From NCBI GenBank assembly GCA_963787445.1, contig CAWBCT010000005.1, positions 96,001 through 160,000 of the forward strand: a stretch of DNA of 64,000 nt, in the 5' to 3' direction. The DNA comes from an uncultured archaeon (GTDB lineage: Archaea > Micrarchaeota > Micrarchaeia > Micrarchaeales > CABMGC01). Below the pieces are notes generated by a model that was given only the letters and a program-made list of their open reading frames with translations, was not told the DNA's origin and did not search any database. This document shows, piece after piece, positions 9,601 through 24,600 of this stretch. The number at the start of each line of letters is the position of its first letter. The first letter of the stretch is position 1. Both the position numbers and the translations under genes were made by a program.

Positions 9601-12600
9601 TCCTGACTTGATGGAGTTGACTGTTACCTGGTTTGCGGAGGTGTCTATGACGAAGACGTTCGCGACTAATGTGTTTCCGGCGTTCGCGGAGTTGACTGGG
9701 AAGGCGTAGGTGGTTCCTGCCTGGCCGCCGGAAGTTCCTACCAAAGTGTTAGTGACCGAGTTATACACGAAGAAGTTGTAGGTGTAACTGCCTGTGCCGC
9801 CGGAAGCGGAAGCGGTGAAGATGATGGAGGTTCCTTGGTCGTAGTTGGCGTTACTGGATGGGGTGATGGTCGGGGTGTTGAGTGAGGTGAAGACTGTAAA
9901 GACTCCTGACTTGATGGAGTTGACTGTTACCTGGTTTGCGGAGGTGTCTATGACGAAGACGTTTGCGACTAATGTGTTGCCTGCGTTCGCGGAGTTGACT
10001 GGGAAGGCGTAGGTTGTTCCTGCCTGGCCTCCGGAAGTCCCTACCAAAGTGTTAGTGACCGAGTTATACACGAAGAAGTTGTAGGTGTAGGATCCTGTGC
10101 CGCCGGAAGCGGAGGCGGTGAAGATTATACTTGTGCCCTGGTCGTAGTTGGCGTTAGAGGATGGGGTTATGGTCGGGGTACCAAGCGTAGGTTTCACGGT
10201 GAAGACTCCTGACTTTATGGAGTTGACTGTCACCTGGTTTGCGGAGGTGTCGATGACGAAGACGTTCGCGACCAGGGTGTTGCCGGCGTTCGCGGAGTTG
10301 ACTGGGAAGGCGTAGGTGGTTCCTGACTGGCCGCCGGAAGTTCCTACTAAGGTATTCGTAACCGAGTTATACACGAAGAAGTTGTAGGTGTAACTGCCTG
10401 TGCCGCCGAAGGCGGAGGCGGTGAAGATTATACTTGTGCCTTGGTCGTAGTTGGCGTTACTGGAGGGGGTTATGGTTGGGGTGTTGAGTGAGGTGAAGAC
10501 TGTAAAGACTCCTGACTTGATGGAGTTGACTGTTACCTGGTTTGCGGAGGTGTCGATGACGAAGACGTTCGCGACCAGGGTGTTGCCGGCGTTCGCGGAG
10601 TTGACTGGGAAGGCGTAGGTGGTTCCTGACTGGCCGCCGGAAGTTCCCACTAAGGTATTCGTAACCGAGTTATACACGAAGAAGTTGTAGGTGTAACTGC
10701 CGGTGCCGCCGGAAGCGGAAGCGGTGAAGATTATACTTGTGCCTTGGTCGTAGTTGGCGTTACTGGAGGGGGTTATGGTTGGGGTGTTGAGTGAGGTGAA
10801 GACTGTGAAGGTTCCGGAGTGGATGGAGTTAGCTGCGATAGAATTACCAGAATTGTCCGTAACGAAGACGTTCGCGACTAGGGTGTTGCCGGCGTTCGCG
10901 GAGTTGACTGGGAAGGCGTAGGTGGTTCCTGACTGGCCCCCGGAAGTTCCTACCAAAGTGTTAGTGACCGAGTTATACACGAAGAAGTTGTAGGTGTAGG
11001 ATCCTGTGCCGCCGGAAGCGGAAGCGGTGAAGATTATACTTGTGCCCTGGTCGTAGTTGGCGTTAGAGGATGGGGCGATGGTTGGGGTACCAAATGTAGG
11101 CTTCACGGTGAATGTGCCGGACTTGATGGAGTTGACTGTTACCTGGTTTGCGGAGGTGTCGGTCACGAAGACGTTTGCGACTAATGTGTTGCCTGCGTTC
11201 GCGGAGTTGACTGGGAAGGCGTAGGTGGCTCCTGGCTGGCCGCCGGAAGTCCCTACCAAAGTGTTAGTGACCGAGTTATACACGAAGAAGTTGTAGGTGT
11301 AAGATCCTGTGCCGCCGGAAGCGGAAGCGGTGAAGATGATAGAGGTTCCTTGGTCGTAGTTGGCGTTACTCGATGGGGCGATGGTTGGGGTGTTGAGTGA
11401 GGTGAAGACTGTAAAGACTCCTGACTTGATGGAGTTGACTGTTACCTGGTTTGCGGAGGTGTCTATGACGAAGACGTTCGCGACTAGAGTGTTGCCGGCG
11501 TTCGCGGAGTTGACTGGGAAGGCGTAGGTGGTGCCTGACTGACCGCCGGAAGTTCCTACTAAGGTATTCGTAACTGAGTTATACACGAAGAAGTTGTAGG
11601 TGTAGGATCCTGTGCCGCCTGAGGCGGAGGCTGTGAAGATTATACTCGTGCCCTGGTCGTAGTTGGCGTTACTGGAGGGGGTTATGGTCGGGGTGTTGAG
11701 TGAGGTGAAGACTGTGAAGACTCCTGACTTTATGGAGTTGACTGTTACCTGGTTTGCGGAGGTGTCTATGACGAAGACGTTTGCGACTAGGGTGTTGCCG
11801 GCGTTCGCGGAGTTGACTGGGAAGGCGTAGGTGGTTCCTGACTGGCCGCCAGAAGTTCCCACTAAGGTATTCGTAACCGAGTTATACACGAAGAAGTTGT
11901 AGGTGTAGGATCCTGTGCCGCCGGAAGCGGAGGCGGTGAAGATGATGGAGGTTCCTTGGTCGTAGTTGGCGTTACTGGATGGGGTGATGGTCGGGGTGTT
12001 GAGTGGGGTGAAGACTGTGAAGGTTCCGGAGTGGATGGAGTTAGCTGCGACAGAATTACCAGAATTGTCCGTAACGAAGACGTTCGCGACCAGGGTGTTG
12101 CCGGCGTTCGCGGAGTTGACTGGGAAGGCGTAGGTGGTTCCTGACTGGCCGCCGGAAGTTCCCACTAAGGTATTCGTAACCGAGTTATACACGAAGAAGT
12201 TGTAGGTGTAACTGCCTGTGCCGCCGGAGGCTGTCACGCTAAATATTATGTCTGTGCCTTGATCATAATTGGAGTTGCTTGCAGGGGAAATGGTTGGTGT
12301 TCCAAGCGCAGCGTATACTGTAAAGGTTCCGGAGTGGATGGAGTTAGTTACAATTGAATTACCCGAATTATCTGTTACGAAGACGTTTGCGACTAGGGTG
12401 TTTCCAGCGTTGGCGGAGTTGACTGGGAAGGCGTAGGTGGTTCCTGACTGGCCGCCGGAAGTTCCTACCAAAGTGTTAGTGACCGAGTTATACACAAAGA
12501 AGTTGTAGGTGTAACTGCCTGTGCCGCCGGAAGCGGAGGCGGTGAAGATTATACTTGTGCCCTGGTCGTAGTTGGCGTTAGAGGATGGGGTTATGGTCGG

Positions 12601-15600
12601 GGTACCAAGCGTAGGTTTCACGGTGAAGACTCCTGACTTTATGGAGTTGACTGTTACCTGGTTTGCGGAGGTGTCGATGACGAAGACGTTTGCGACTAGG
12701 GTGTTTCCAGCGTTGGCGGAGTTGACTGGGAAGGCGTAGGTGGTTCCTGACTGGCCGCCGGAAGTTCCTACCAAAGTGTTAGTGACCGAGTTATACACAA
12801 AGAAGTTGTAGGTGTAACTGCCTGTGCCGCCGGAGGCGGAGGCTGTGAAGATTATACTCGTGCCCTGGTCGTAGTTGGCGTTACTGGAGGGGGTTATGGT
12901 TGGGGTGTTGAGTGGGGTGAAGACTGTGAAGGTTCCAGAGTGGATTGAATTTACCGTTACCTGGTTTGCGGAGGTGTCTATGACGAAGACGTTTGCGACT
13001 AGGGTGTTGCCTGCGTTCGCAGAGTTGACTGGGAAGGCGTAGGTGGTTCCTGACTGGCCGCCGGAAGTTCCTACTAAGGTATTAGTGACCGAGTTATACA
13101 CAAAGAAGTTGTAGGTGTAGGATCCTGTGCCGCCGGAAGCGGAAGCGGTGAAGATGATGGAGGTTCCCTGATCGTAGTTGGCGTTAGAGGATGGGGTTAT
13201 GGTTGGGGTGTTGAGTGAGGTGAAGACTGTAAAGACTCCTGACTTGATGGAGTTGACTGTTACCTGGTTTGCGGAGGTGTCTATGACGAAGACGTTCGCG
13301 ACTAGAGTGTTGCCGGCGTTCGCGGAGTTGACTGGGAAGGCGTAGGTGGTGCCTGACTGACCGCCGGAAGTTCCTACTAAGGTATTCGTAACTGAGTTAT
13401 ACACGAAGAAGTTGTAGGTGTAACTGCCTGTGCCGCCGGAAGCGGAGGCGGTGAAGATTATACTTGTGCCCTGGTCGTAGTTGGCGTTACTGGAGGGGGT
13501 TATGGTCGGGGTGTTGAGTGAGGTGAAGACTGTGAAGGTTCCGGAGTGGATTGAGTTAGCTGCGATAGAATTACCAGAATTGTCCGTAACGAAGACGTTT
13601 GCGACTAGGGTGTTGCCGGCGTTCGCGGAGTTGACTGGGAAGGCGTAGGTTGTTCCTGACTGGCCGCCGGACATTCCGACCAGGGTATTGGTGACTGAGT
13701 TGTAGACTAGGAAGTTGTAGGTGTAACTGCCGGTACCGCCGGAAGCGGAGGCGGTGAAGATTATACTCGTGCCCTGGTCGTAGTTGGCGTTACTGGAGGG
13801 GGTTATGGTCGGAGTACCAAGTGCAGTATATACTGTGAAGGTTCCGGAGTGGATTGAATTTACCGTTACCTGGTTCGCGGAGGTATCGATCACGAAGACG
13901 TTTGCGACTAGGGTGTTGCCGGCGTTCGCGGAGTTGACTGGGAAGGCGTAGGTGGTTCCTGCCTGACCTCCAGAAGTTCCTACCAAAGTGTTAGTGACCA
14001 AGTTATACACGAAGAAGTTGTAAGTGTAACTGCCGGTGCCGCCGGAGGCGGAGGCGGTGAAGATTATACTTGTGCCCTGGTCGTAGTTGGCGTTACTGGA
14101 GGGGGTTATGGTCGGGGTACCAAGCGTAGGTTTCACGGTGAAGACTCCTGACTTTATGGAGTTGACTGTTACCTGGTTTGCGGAGGTGTCGATGACGAAG
14201 ACGTTTGCGACTAATGTGTTTCCGGCGTTCGCGGAGTTGACTGGGAAGGCGTAGGTGGTTCCTGACTGGCCGCCGGACATTCCGACCAGGGTATTGGTGA
14301 CTGAGTTGTAGACTAGGAAGTTGTAGGTGTAACTGCCGGTGCCGCCGGAAGCAGAGGCGGTGAAGATGATGGAGGTTCCTTGATCGTAGTTGGCGTTACT
14401 GGATGGGGTGATGGTCGGGGTTCCGAGTGTGGTTTTCACTGTGAGGACTCCTGAGAGTATAGAGTTCACCACCACCTGGTTTGCGGAGGTGTCGATGACG
14501 AAAACGTTCGCGACTAATGTGTTGCCGGCGTTCGCGGAGTTGACTGGGAAGGCGTAGGTCGTTCCTGACTGGCCGCCGGACATTCCGACCAGAGTGTTAG
14601 TTACTGAGTTGTAGACTAGGAAGTTGTAGGTGTAGGATCCTGTGCCGCCGGAGGCGGAGGCGGTGAAGATGATGGAGGTTCCTTGATCGTAGTTGGCGTT
14701 AGAGGATGGGGTGATGGTCGGGGTGTTGAGAGAGGTGAAGACTGTGAAGACTCCTGACTTTATGGAGTTGACTGTTACCTGGTTTGCGGAGGTGTCGATG
14801 ACGAAGACGTTTGCGACTAATGTGTTGCCGGCGTTCGCGGAGTTGACTGGGAAGGCGTAGGTGGTGCCTGACTGACCGCCGGAAGTTCCTACTAAGGTAT
14901 TCGTAACCGAGTTATACACGAAGAAGTTGTAGGTGTAACTGCCGGTGCCGCCGGAGGCGGAGGCGGTGAAGATGATGGAGGTTCCCTGGTCGTAGTTGGC
15001 GTTAGAGGATGGGGTTATGGTCGGGGTGTTGAGTGAGGTGAAGACTGTGAAGGTTCCGGAGTGGATGGAGTTAGCTGCGATAGAATTACCAGAATTGTCC
15101 GTAACGAAGACGTTCGCGACTAGGGTGTTGCCGGCGTTCGCGGAGTTGACTGGGAAGGCGTAGGTGGTTCCTGACTGGCCCCCGGAAGTTCCTACCAAAG
15201 TGTTAGTGACCGAGTTATACACGAAGAAGTTGTAGGTGTAGGATCCTGTGCCGCCGGAGGCGGAGGCGGTGAAGATTATACTTGTGCCCTGGTCGTAGTT
15301 AGCGTTACTGGATGGGGCGATGGTTGGGGTGTTGAGTGAGGTGAAGACTGTGAAGACTCCTGACTTTATGGAGTTGACTGTTACCTGGTTTGCGGAGGTG
15401 TCGATGACGAAGACGTTTGCGACTAATGTGTTGCCGGCGTTCGCGGAGTTGACTGGGAAGGCGTAGGTGGTGCCTGACTGACCGCCGGAAGTTCCTACTA
15501 AGGTATTCGTAACTGAGTTATACACGAAGAAGTTGTAGGTGTAGGATCCTGTGCCGCCGGAAGCGGAGGCGGTGAAGATGATGGAGGTTCCCTGATCGTA

Positions 15601-18600
15601 GTTGGCGTTAGAGGATGGGGTTATGGTCGGGGTGTTGAGTGAGGTGAAGACTGTGAAGACTCCTGACTTGATGGAGTTGACTGTTACCTGGTTGGCGGAG
15701 GTGTCTATGACGAAGACGTTTGCGACTAATGTGTTGCCGGCGTTCGCGGAGTTGACTGGGAAGGCGTAGGTGGTTCCTGACTGGCCCCCGGAAGTTCCTA
15801 CCAAAGTGTTAGTGACCGAGTTATACACGAAGAAGTTGTAGGTGTAGGATCCTGTGCCGCCGGAGGCGGAGGCGGTGAAGATGATACTTGTTCCTTGGTC
15901 GTAGTTGGCGTTACTGGATGGGGTGATGGTCGGGGTGTTGAGTGAGGTGAAGACTGTGAAGACTCCTGACTTGATGGAGTTGACTGTTACCTGGTTTGCG
16001 GAGGTGTCTATGACGAAGACGTTCGCGACTAGAGTGTTGCCGGCGTTCGCGGAGTTGACTGGGAAGGCGTAGGTGGTGCCTGACTGGCCGCCGGAAGTTC
16101 CTACTAAAGTATTAGTGACCGAGTTATACACGAAGAAGTTGTAGGTGTAACTGCCTGTGCCGCCGGAGGCGGAAGCGGTGAAGATTATACTTGTGCCTTG
16201 GTCGTAGTTGGCGTTACTGGAGGGGGTTATGGTCGGGGTGTTGAGTGAGGTGAAGACTGTGAAGACTCCTGACTTGATGGAGTTGACTGTTACCTGGTTT
16301 GCGGAGGTGTCTATGACGAAGACGTTCGCGACTAGGGTGTTGCCGGCGTTCGCGGAGTTGACTGGGAAGGCGTAGGTGGTTCCTGACTGGCCGCCGGAAG
16401 TTCCTACTAAGGTATTCGTAACCGAGTTATACACAAAGAAGTTGTAGGTGTAACTGCCTGTGCCGCCGGAAGCGGAGGCGGTGAAGATTATACTTGTGCC
16501 CTGGTCGTAGTTGGCGTTACTGGAGGGGGTTATGGTTGGGGTACCAAGCGTAGGTTTCACGGTGAAGACTCCTGACTTTATGGAGTTGACTGTTACCTGG
16601 TTTGCGGAGGTGTCGATGACGAAGACGTTTGCGACTAATGTGTTTCCGGCGTTCGCGGAGTTGACTGGGAAGGCGTAGGTGGTGCCTGACTGGCCGCTGG
16701 AAGTTCCGACCAGAGTATTAGTGACCGAGTTGTAGACTAGGAAGTTGTAGGTGTAGGATCCTGTGCCGCCTGAGGCGGAGGCGGTGAAGATGATGGAGGT
16801 TCCTTGATCGTAGTTGGCGTTAGAGGATGGGGTTATGGTCGGGGTGTTGAGTGAGGTGAAGACTGTGAAGACTCCTGACTTGATGGAGTTGACTGTTACC
16901 TGGTTTGCGGAGGTGTCTATGACGAAGACGTTCGCGACTAGAGTGTTGCCGGCGTTCGCGGAGTTGACTGGGAAGGCGTAGGTGGTGCCTGACTGACCGC
17001 CGGAAGTTCCTACTAAGGTATTCGTAACTGAGTTATACACGAAGAAGTTGTAGGTGTAACTGCCTGTGCCGCCGGAGGCGGAGGCGGTGAAGATGATGGA
17101 GGTTCCTTGGTCGTAGTTGGCGTTAGAGGATGGGGTTATGGTCGGTGTGTTGAGTGAGGTGAAGACTGTGAAGGTTCCAGAGTGGATTGAGTTAGCTGCG
17201 ATAGAATTACCAGAATTGTCCGTAACGAAGACGTTTGCGACTAGGGTGTTGCCGGCGTTTGCACTATTGACTGGGAAAGCGTAGGTGGTTCCTGACTGGC
17301 CGCCGGACATTCCGATCAGGGTGTTGGTTACTGAGTTATACACCAGGAAGTTGTAGGTGTAGGACCCTGTGCCGCCGGAAGCGGAGGCGGTGAAGATTAT
17401 ACTTGTGCCTTGGTCGTAGTTGGCGTTACTGGAGGGGGTTATGGTCGGAGTACCAAGTGCAGTATATACTGTGAAGGTTCCGGAGTGGATTGAATTTACC
17501 GTTACCTGGTTCGCGGAGGTATCGATCACGAAGACGTTTGCGACTAGGGTGTTGCCGGCGTTCGCGGAGTTGACTGGGAAGGCGTAGGTGGTTCCTGCCT
17601 GACCTCCAGAAGTTCCTACCAAAGTGTTAGTGACCAAGTTATACACGAAGAAGTTGTAAGTGTAACTGCCGGTGCCGCCGGAGGCGGAGGCGGTGAAGAT
17701 TATACTTGTGCCCTGGTCGTAGTTGGCGTTACTGGAGGGGGTTATGGTCGGGGTACCAAGCGTAGGTTTCACGGTGAAGACTCCTGACTTTATGGAGTTG
17801 ACTGTTACCTGGTTTGCGGAGGTGTCGATGACGAAGACGTTTGCGACTAATGTGTTTCCGGCGTTCGCGGAGTTGACTGGGAAGGCGTAGGTGGTTCCTG
17901 ACTGGCCGCCGGACATTCCGACCAGGGTATTGGTGACTGAGTTGTAGACTAGGAAGTTGTAGGTGTAACTGCCGGTGCCGCCGGAAGCAGAGGCGGTGAA
18001 GATGATGGAGGTTCCTTGATCGTAGTTGGCGTTACTGGATGGGGTGATGGTCGGGGTTCCGAGTGTGGTTTTCACTGTGAGGACTCCTGAGAGTATAGAG
18101 TTCACCACCACCTGGTTTGCGGAGGTGTCGATGACGAAGACGTTTGCGACTAATGTGTTGCCGGCGTTCGCGGAGTTGACTGGGAAGGCGTAGGTGGTTC
18201 CTGACTGGCCGCCGGACATTCCGACCAGAGTGTTAGTTACTGAGTTGTAGACTAGGAAGTTGTAGGTGTAGGATCCTGTGCCGCCGGAGGCGGAGGCGGT
18301 GAAGATGATGGAGGTTCCTTGATCGTAGTTGGCGTTAGAGGATGGGGTGATGGTCGGGGTGTTGAGAGAGGTGAAGACTGTGAAGGTTCCGGAGTGGATT
18401 GAATTGACTGTTACCTGATTTGCGGAGGTGTCGATGACGAAGACGTTTGCGACTAATGTGTTGCCGGCGTTCGCGGAGTTGACTGGGAAGGCGTAGGTGG
18501 TTCCTGACTGGCCGCCGGAAGTTCCTACCAAAGTGTTAGTGACCGAGTTATACACAAAGAAGTTGTAGGTGTAACTGCCGGTGCCGCCGGAGGCGGAGGC

Positions 18601-21600
18601 GGTGAAGATGATGGAGGTTCCCTGGTCGTAGTTGGCGTTAGAGGAGGGGGTTATGGTCGGGGTGTTGAGTGAGGTGAAGACTGTGAAGGTTCCGGAGTGG
18701 ATTGAATTGACTGTTACCTGGTTCGCGGAGGTGTCGATGACGAAGACGTTGGCGACTAATGTGTTTCCGGCGTTCGCGGAGTTGACTGGGAAGGCGTAGG
18801 TGGTTCCTGACTGGCCGCCGGACATTCCGACCAGGGTATTGGTGACTGAGTTGTAGACTAGGAAGTTGTAGGTGTAACTGCCGGTGCCGCCGGAGGCGGA
18901 GGCGGTGAAGATGATACTTGTGCCTTGGTCGTAGTTGGCGTTAGAGGATGGGGCGAGGGTTGGGGTGTTGAGTGAGGTGAAGACTGTGAAGACTCCTGAC
19001 TTGATGGAGTTGACTGTTACCTGGTTTGCGGAGGTGTCTATGACGAAGACGTTCGCGACTAATGTGTTTCCGGCGTTCGCGGAGTTGACTGGGAAGGCGT
19101 AGGTGGTGCCTGACTGACCGCCGGAAGTCCCTACCAAAGTGTTAGTGACCGAGTTATACACGAAGAAGTTGTAGGTGTAACTGCCGGTGCCGCCGGAAGC
19201 GGAGGCGGTGAAGATGATAGAGGTTCCTTGATCGTAGTTGGCGTTAGAGGATGGGGTTATGGTCGGGGTGTTGAGTGAGGTGAAGACTGTGAAGACTCCT
19301 GACTTGATGGAGTTGACTGTTACCTGGTTTGCGGAGGTGTCTATGACGAAGACGTTCGCGACTAGAGTGTTGCCGGCGTTCGCGGAGTTGACTGGGAAGG
19401 CGTAGGTGGTGCCTGACTGACCGCCGGAAGTTCCTACTAAGGTATTCGTAACTGAGTTATACACGAAGAAGTTGTAGGTGTAACTGCCGGTGCCGCCGGA
19501 GGCGGAGGCGGTGAAGATGATGGAGGTTCCTTGGTCGTAGTTGGCGTTAGACGATGGGGTTATGGTTGGGGTACCGAGCGTAGGTTCCACCGTAAATATT
19601 CCAGATAGTATGGAGTTCACCGTTACATGGGTTGTTGCTGAGTCAGTGACGAAGACATTCGCGACCAGAGTATTTCCGGCGTTCGCGGAGTTGACTGGGA
19701 AGGCGTAGGTGGCTCCTGGCTGGCCGCCGGACATTCCGACTAGGGTGTTGGTTACTGAGTTGTAGACCAGGAAATTATAGGTGTAGGATCCTGTGCCGCC
19801 GGAGGCGGAGGCGGTGAAGATGATGGAGGTTCCTTGGTCGTAGTTGGCGTTAGAGGATGGGGTGATTGAGACTGTGGGGGCTGGACTAATCGTGAATGTT
19901 GAGGTGTAAACAGAGTTGACGGTGGTGGGGTTCGTATCGGTTAGGACAACATTCGCCTTTTCTGGCGAGTTCGCCACGTCTGAGGAGATTACCTGGTAGG
20001 TGAAGGTGCTTGTGGTGCTTGAGACCGACTGGAACAGAGCATTATGGGCTATCGTCCCTAGGGTGACTGAGTTTACAACAAGGAAGTTGTAGGTGAATGA
20101 GGTTGTTGACCCGCCCGCCTCGGTGGCAGTAAAGGTCTCGTACTGGCCCACGTCCACAAGGGAGTTGCTGGGTGCCGAGATTGTGACGGCAGGGGGTGTG
20201 TAGCTCGAAATCACAGTAAGGGTGCCGCTCGGGACGCTGTTGGTGGTCTCGACGTTGGCAGCAGAGTCGGTGATTATGACATTGGCTTGCAAGGTGTTTC
20301 CAATGTCGGCTAGGGGAATAAGCCAGGTGAACGAGTTTGAGGTGAAGGTGTTCGTGGTGAGGTAGTTGGCGGCCAGCGAGCCGGTTATCGTGTTAACCAC
20401 AAGGAAGTTTACAGTGTAGGACGACACTCCTCCAGACCATGAGGCGGTGTATGTAATCGTGTTACCGACTGCCCATGAAGCAGGGAGCGTTGGGTTCGAT
20501 GTCAACATGGGGATGCCCAATGCGGAGTAAACTGTAAACGTGCCAGAGTAGATAGAATTGGCGGCTATGGCATTGCCAGAAGTATCTGTAACAAATACAT
20601 TAGCTACTAAAGTGTTACCAGCATTGGCGGAGTTGACTGGGAAGGCGTAGGTGGCTCCTGGCTGGTCGCCGGAAGTCCCTACCAAAGTGTTGGTGACCGA
20701 GTTGTAGACTAGGAAGTTGTAGGTGTAACTGCCGGTGCCGCCGGAAGCGGAGGCGGTGAAGATGATTGAGGTTCCTTGATCGTAGTTGGCGTTACTGGAT
20801 GGGGTGATGGTCGGGGTTCCGAGTGTGGTTTTCACTGTGAGGACTCCTGAGAGTATAGAGTTCACCACCACCTGGTTTGCGGAGGTGTCGGTCACGAAGA
20901 CGTTCGCGACCAGGGTATTGCCGGCGTTTGCACTATTGACTGGGAAGGCGTAGGTGGTTCCTGACTGGCCTCCGGAAGTCCCTACCAAAGTGTTAGTGAC
21001 CGAGTTATACACGAAGAAGTTGTAGGTGTAACTGCCTGTGCCGCCGGAGGCGGAGGCGGTGAAGATTATACTTGTGCCCTGGTCGTAGTTGGCGTTACTT
21101 GATGGGGTGATGGTTGGGGTGTTGAGTGTAGGTTTCACGGTGAAGACTCCTGAGAGTATAGAATTCACTGCCACCTGGTTTGCGGAGGTGTCGATGACGA
21201 AGACGTTTGCGACCAGGGTGTTGCCGGCGTTCGCGGAGTTGACTGGGAAGGCGTAGGTTGTTCCTGATTGGCCGCCGGACATTCCGACCAGGGTATTGGT
21301 GACTGAGTTGTAGACTAGGAAGTTGTAGGTGTAACTGCCGGTACCGCCGGAGGCGGAGGCGGTGAAGATTATACTCGTGCCCTGGTCGTAGTTGGCGTTA
21401 GAGGATGGGGTGATGGTCGGGGTACCAAGCGTAGGTTTCACGGTGAAGACTCCTGACTTTATGGAGTTGACGGTTACCTGGTTTGCGGAGGTGTCGATGA
21501 CGAAGACGTTTGCGACTAATGTGTTGCCGGCGTTCGCGGAGTTGACTGGGAAGGCGTAGGTGGTTCCTGACTGGCCGCCGGACATTCCGACCAGAGTGTT

Positions 21601-24600
21601 AGTTACTGAGTTGTAGACTAGGAAGTTGTAGGTGTAGGATCCTGTGCCGCCGGAGGCGGAGGCGGTGAAGATGATGGAGGTTCCTTGATCGTAGTTGGCG
21701 TTAGAGGATGGGGTGATGGTCGGGGTGTTGAGAGAGGTGAAGACTGTGAAGGTTCCGGAGTGGATTGAATTGACTGTTACCTGATTTGCGGAGGTGTCGA
21801 TGACGAAGACGTTTGCGACTAATGTGTTTCCGGCGTTCGCGGAGTTGACTGGGAAGGCGTAGGTGGTTCCTGACTGGCCGCCGGACATTCCGACCAGGGT
21901 ATTGGTGACTGAGTTGTAGACTAGGAAGTTGTAGGTGTAACTGCCGGTACCGCCGGAAGCAGAGGCGGTGAAGATGATGGAGGTTCCTTGATCGTAGTTG
22001 GCGTTACTGGATGGGGTGATGGTCGGGGTTCCGAGTGTGGTTTTCACTGTGAGGACTCCTGAGAGTATAGAGTTCACCACCACCTGGTTTGCGGAGGTGT
22101 CGATGACGAAGACGTTTGCGACTAATGTGTTGCCGGCGTTCGCGGAGTTGACTGGGAAGGCGTAGGTGGTTCCTGACTGGCCGCCGGACATTCCGACCAG
22201 AGTGTTAGTTACTGAGTTGTAGACTAAGAAGTTGTAGGTGTAGGATCCTGTGCCGCCGGAGGCGGAGGCGGTGAAGATGATGGAGGTTCCTTGATCGTAG
22301 TTGGCGTTAGAGGATGGGGTGATGGTCGGGGTGTTGAGAGAGGTGAAGACTGTGAAGGTTCCGGAGTGGATTGAATTGACTGTTACCTGGTTTGCGGAGG
22401 TGTCGATGACGAAGACGTTTGCGACTAATGTGTTTCCGGCGTTCGCGGAGTTGACTGGGAAGGCGTAGGTGGTTCCTGACTGGCCTCCGGAAGTTCCTAC
22501 CAAAGTGTTAGTGACCGAGTTATACACGAAGAAGTTGTAGGTGTAACTGCCGGTGCCGCCGGAGGCGGAGGCGGTGAAGAGTATACTCGTGCCCTGGTCA
22601 TAGTTGGCGTTACTGGAGGGGGTTAGGGTTGGGGTACCAAGTGTAGATTTCACGGTGAAGACGCCTGATTTTATGGAGTTGACCGTTACCTGGTTGGCGG
22701 AGGTGTCGATGACGAAGACGTTGGCGACTAATGTGTTTCCGGCGTTCGCGGAGTTGACTGGGAAGGCGTAGGTGGTTCCTGACTGGCCGCCGGACATTCC
22801 GACCAGAGTATTGGTGACTGAGTTGTAGACTAGGAAGTTGTAGGTGTAACTGCCGGTGCCGCCGGAGGCGGAGGCGGTGAAGATGATTGAGGTTCCTTGA
22901 TCGTAGTTGGCGTTAGAGGATGGGGCGATGGTTGGGGTGTTGAGTGAGGTAAAGACTGTGAAGACTCCTGACTTGATGGAGTTGACTGTTACCTGATTTG
23001 CGGAGGTGTCGATGACGAAGACGTTTGCGACTAATGTGTTTCCGGCGTTCGCGGAGTTGACTGGGAAGGCGTAGGTGGTTCCTGACTGGCCGCCGGAAGT
23101 TCCTACCAAAGTGTTAGTGACCGAGTTATACACAAAGAAGTTGTAGGTGTAACTGCCGGTGCCGCCGGAGGCGGAGGCGGTGAAGATGATGGAGGTTCCC
23201 TGATCGTAGTTGGCGTTAGAGGATGGGGCGATGGTTGGGGTGTTGAGTGAGGTGAAGACTGTGAAGACTCCTGACTTTATGGAGTTGACTGTTACCTGGT
23301 TTGCGGAGGTGTCGATGACGAAGACGTTTGCGACTAATGTGTTTCCGGCGTTCGCGGAGTTGACTGGGAAGGCGTAGGTTGTTCCTGACTGGCCGCCGGA
23401 CATTCCGACCAGAGTGTTAGTTACTGAGTTGTAGACTAGGAAGTTGTAGGTGTAACTGCCGGTGCCGCCGGAAGCGGAGGCGGTGAAGATGATTGAGGTT
23501 CCTTGATCGTAGTTGGCGTTACTGGATGGGGTGATGGTCGGGGTTCCGAGTGTGGTTTTCACTGTGAGGACTCCTGAGAGTATAGAGTTCACCACCACCT
23601 GGTTTGCGGAGGTGTCGGTCACGAAGACGTTCGCGACCAGGGTATTGCCGGCGTTTGCACTATTGACTGGGAAGGCGTAGGTGGTTCCTGCCTGGCCGCC
23701 GGACATTCCGACCAGGGTATTGGTGACTGAGTTGTAGACTAGGAAGTTGTAGGTGTAGGATCCTGTGCCGCCGGAAGCGGAAGCGGTGAAGATGATGGAG
23801 GTTCCCTGGTCGTAGTTGGCGTTAGAGGATGGGGTTATGGTCGGGGTGTTGAGTGAGGTGAAGACTGTGAAGACTCCTGACTTTATGGAGTTGACTGTTA
23901 CCTGGTTTGCGGAGGTGTCGATGACGAATACGTTTGCGACCAGGGTGTTGCCTGCGTTCGCGGAGTTGACTGGGAAGGCATAGGTGGTTCCTGCCTGGCC
24001 GCCGGAAGTTCCTACTAAAGTATTAGTGACCGAGTTATACACGAAGAAGTTGTAGGTGTAACTGCCTGTGCCGCCGGAGGCGGAGGCGGTGAAGATTATA
24101 CTTGTGCCCTGGTCGTAGTTGGCGTTAGAGGATGGGGTTATGGTCGGGGTACCAAGCGTAGGTTTCACGGTGAAGACTCCTGACTTTATGGAGTTGACTG
24201 TTACCTGATTTGCGGAGGTGTCGATGACGAAGACGTTCGCGACTAGAGTGTTGCCGGCGTTCGCGGAGTTGACTGGGAAGGCGTAGGTGGTTCCTGCCTG
24301 GCCGCCGGACATTCCGACCAGGGTATTGGTGACTGAGTTGTAGACTAGGAAGTTGTAGGTGTAGGATCCTGTGCCGCCGGAAGCGGAAGCGGTGAAGATG
24401 ATGGAGGTTCCCTGGTCGTAGTTGGCGTTACTGGAGGGGGTTATGGTCGGGGTGTTGAGTGAGGTGAAGACTGTGAAGACTCCGGAGTGGATGGAGTTGG
24501 TTGTTACTTGTGTCGTTGCAGTGTCGGTCACAAAGACGTTTGCAACTAAGGTATTACCTGCGTTTGCACTATTTACTGGGAAGGCGTAGGTGCTTGATGC

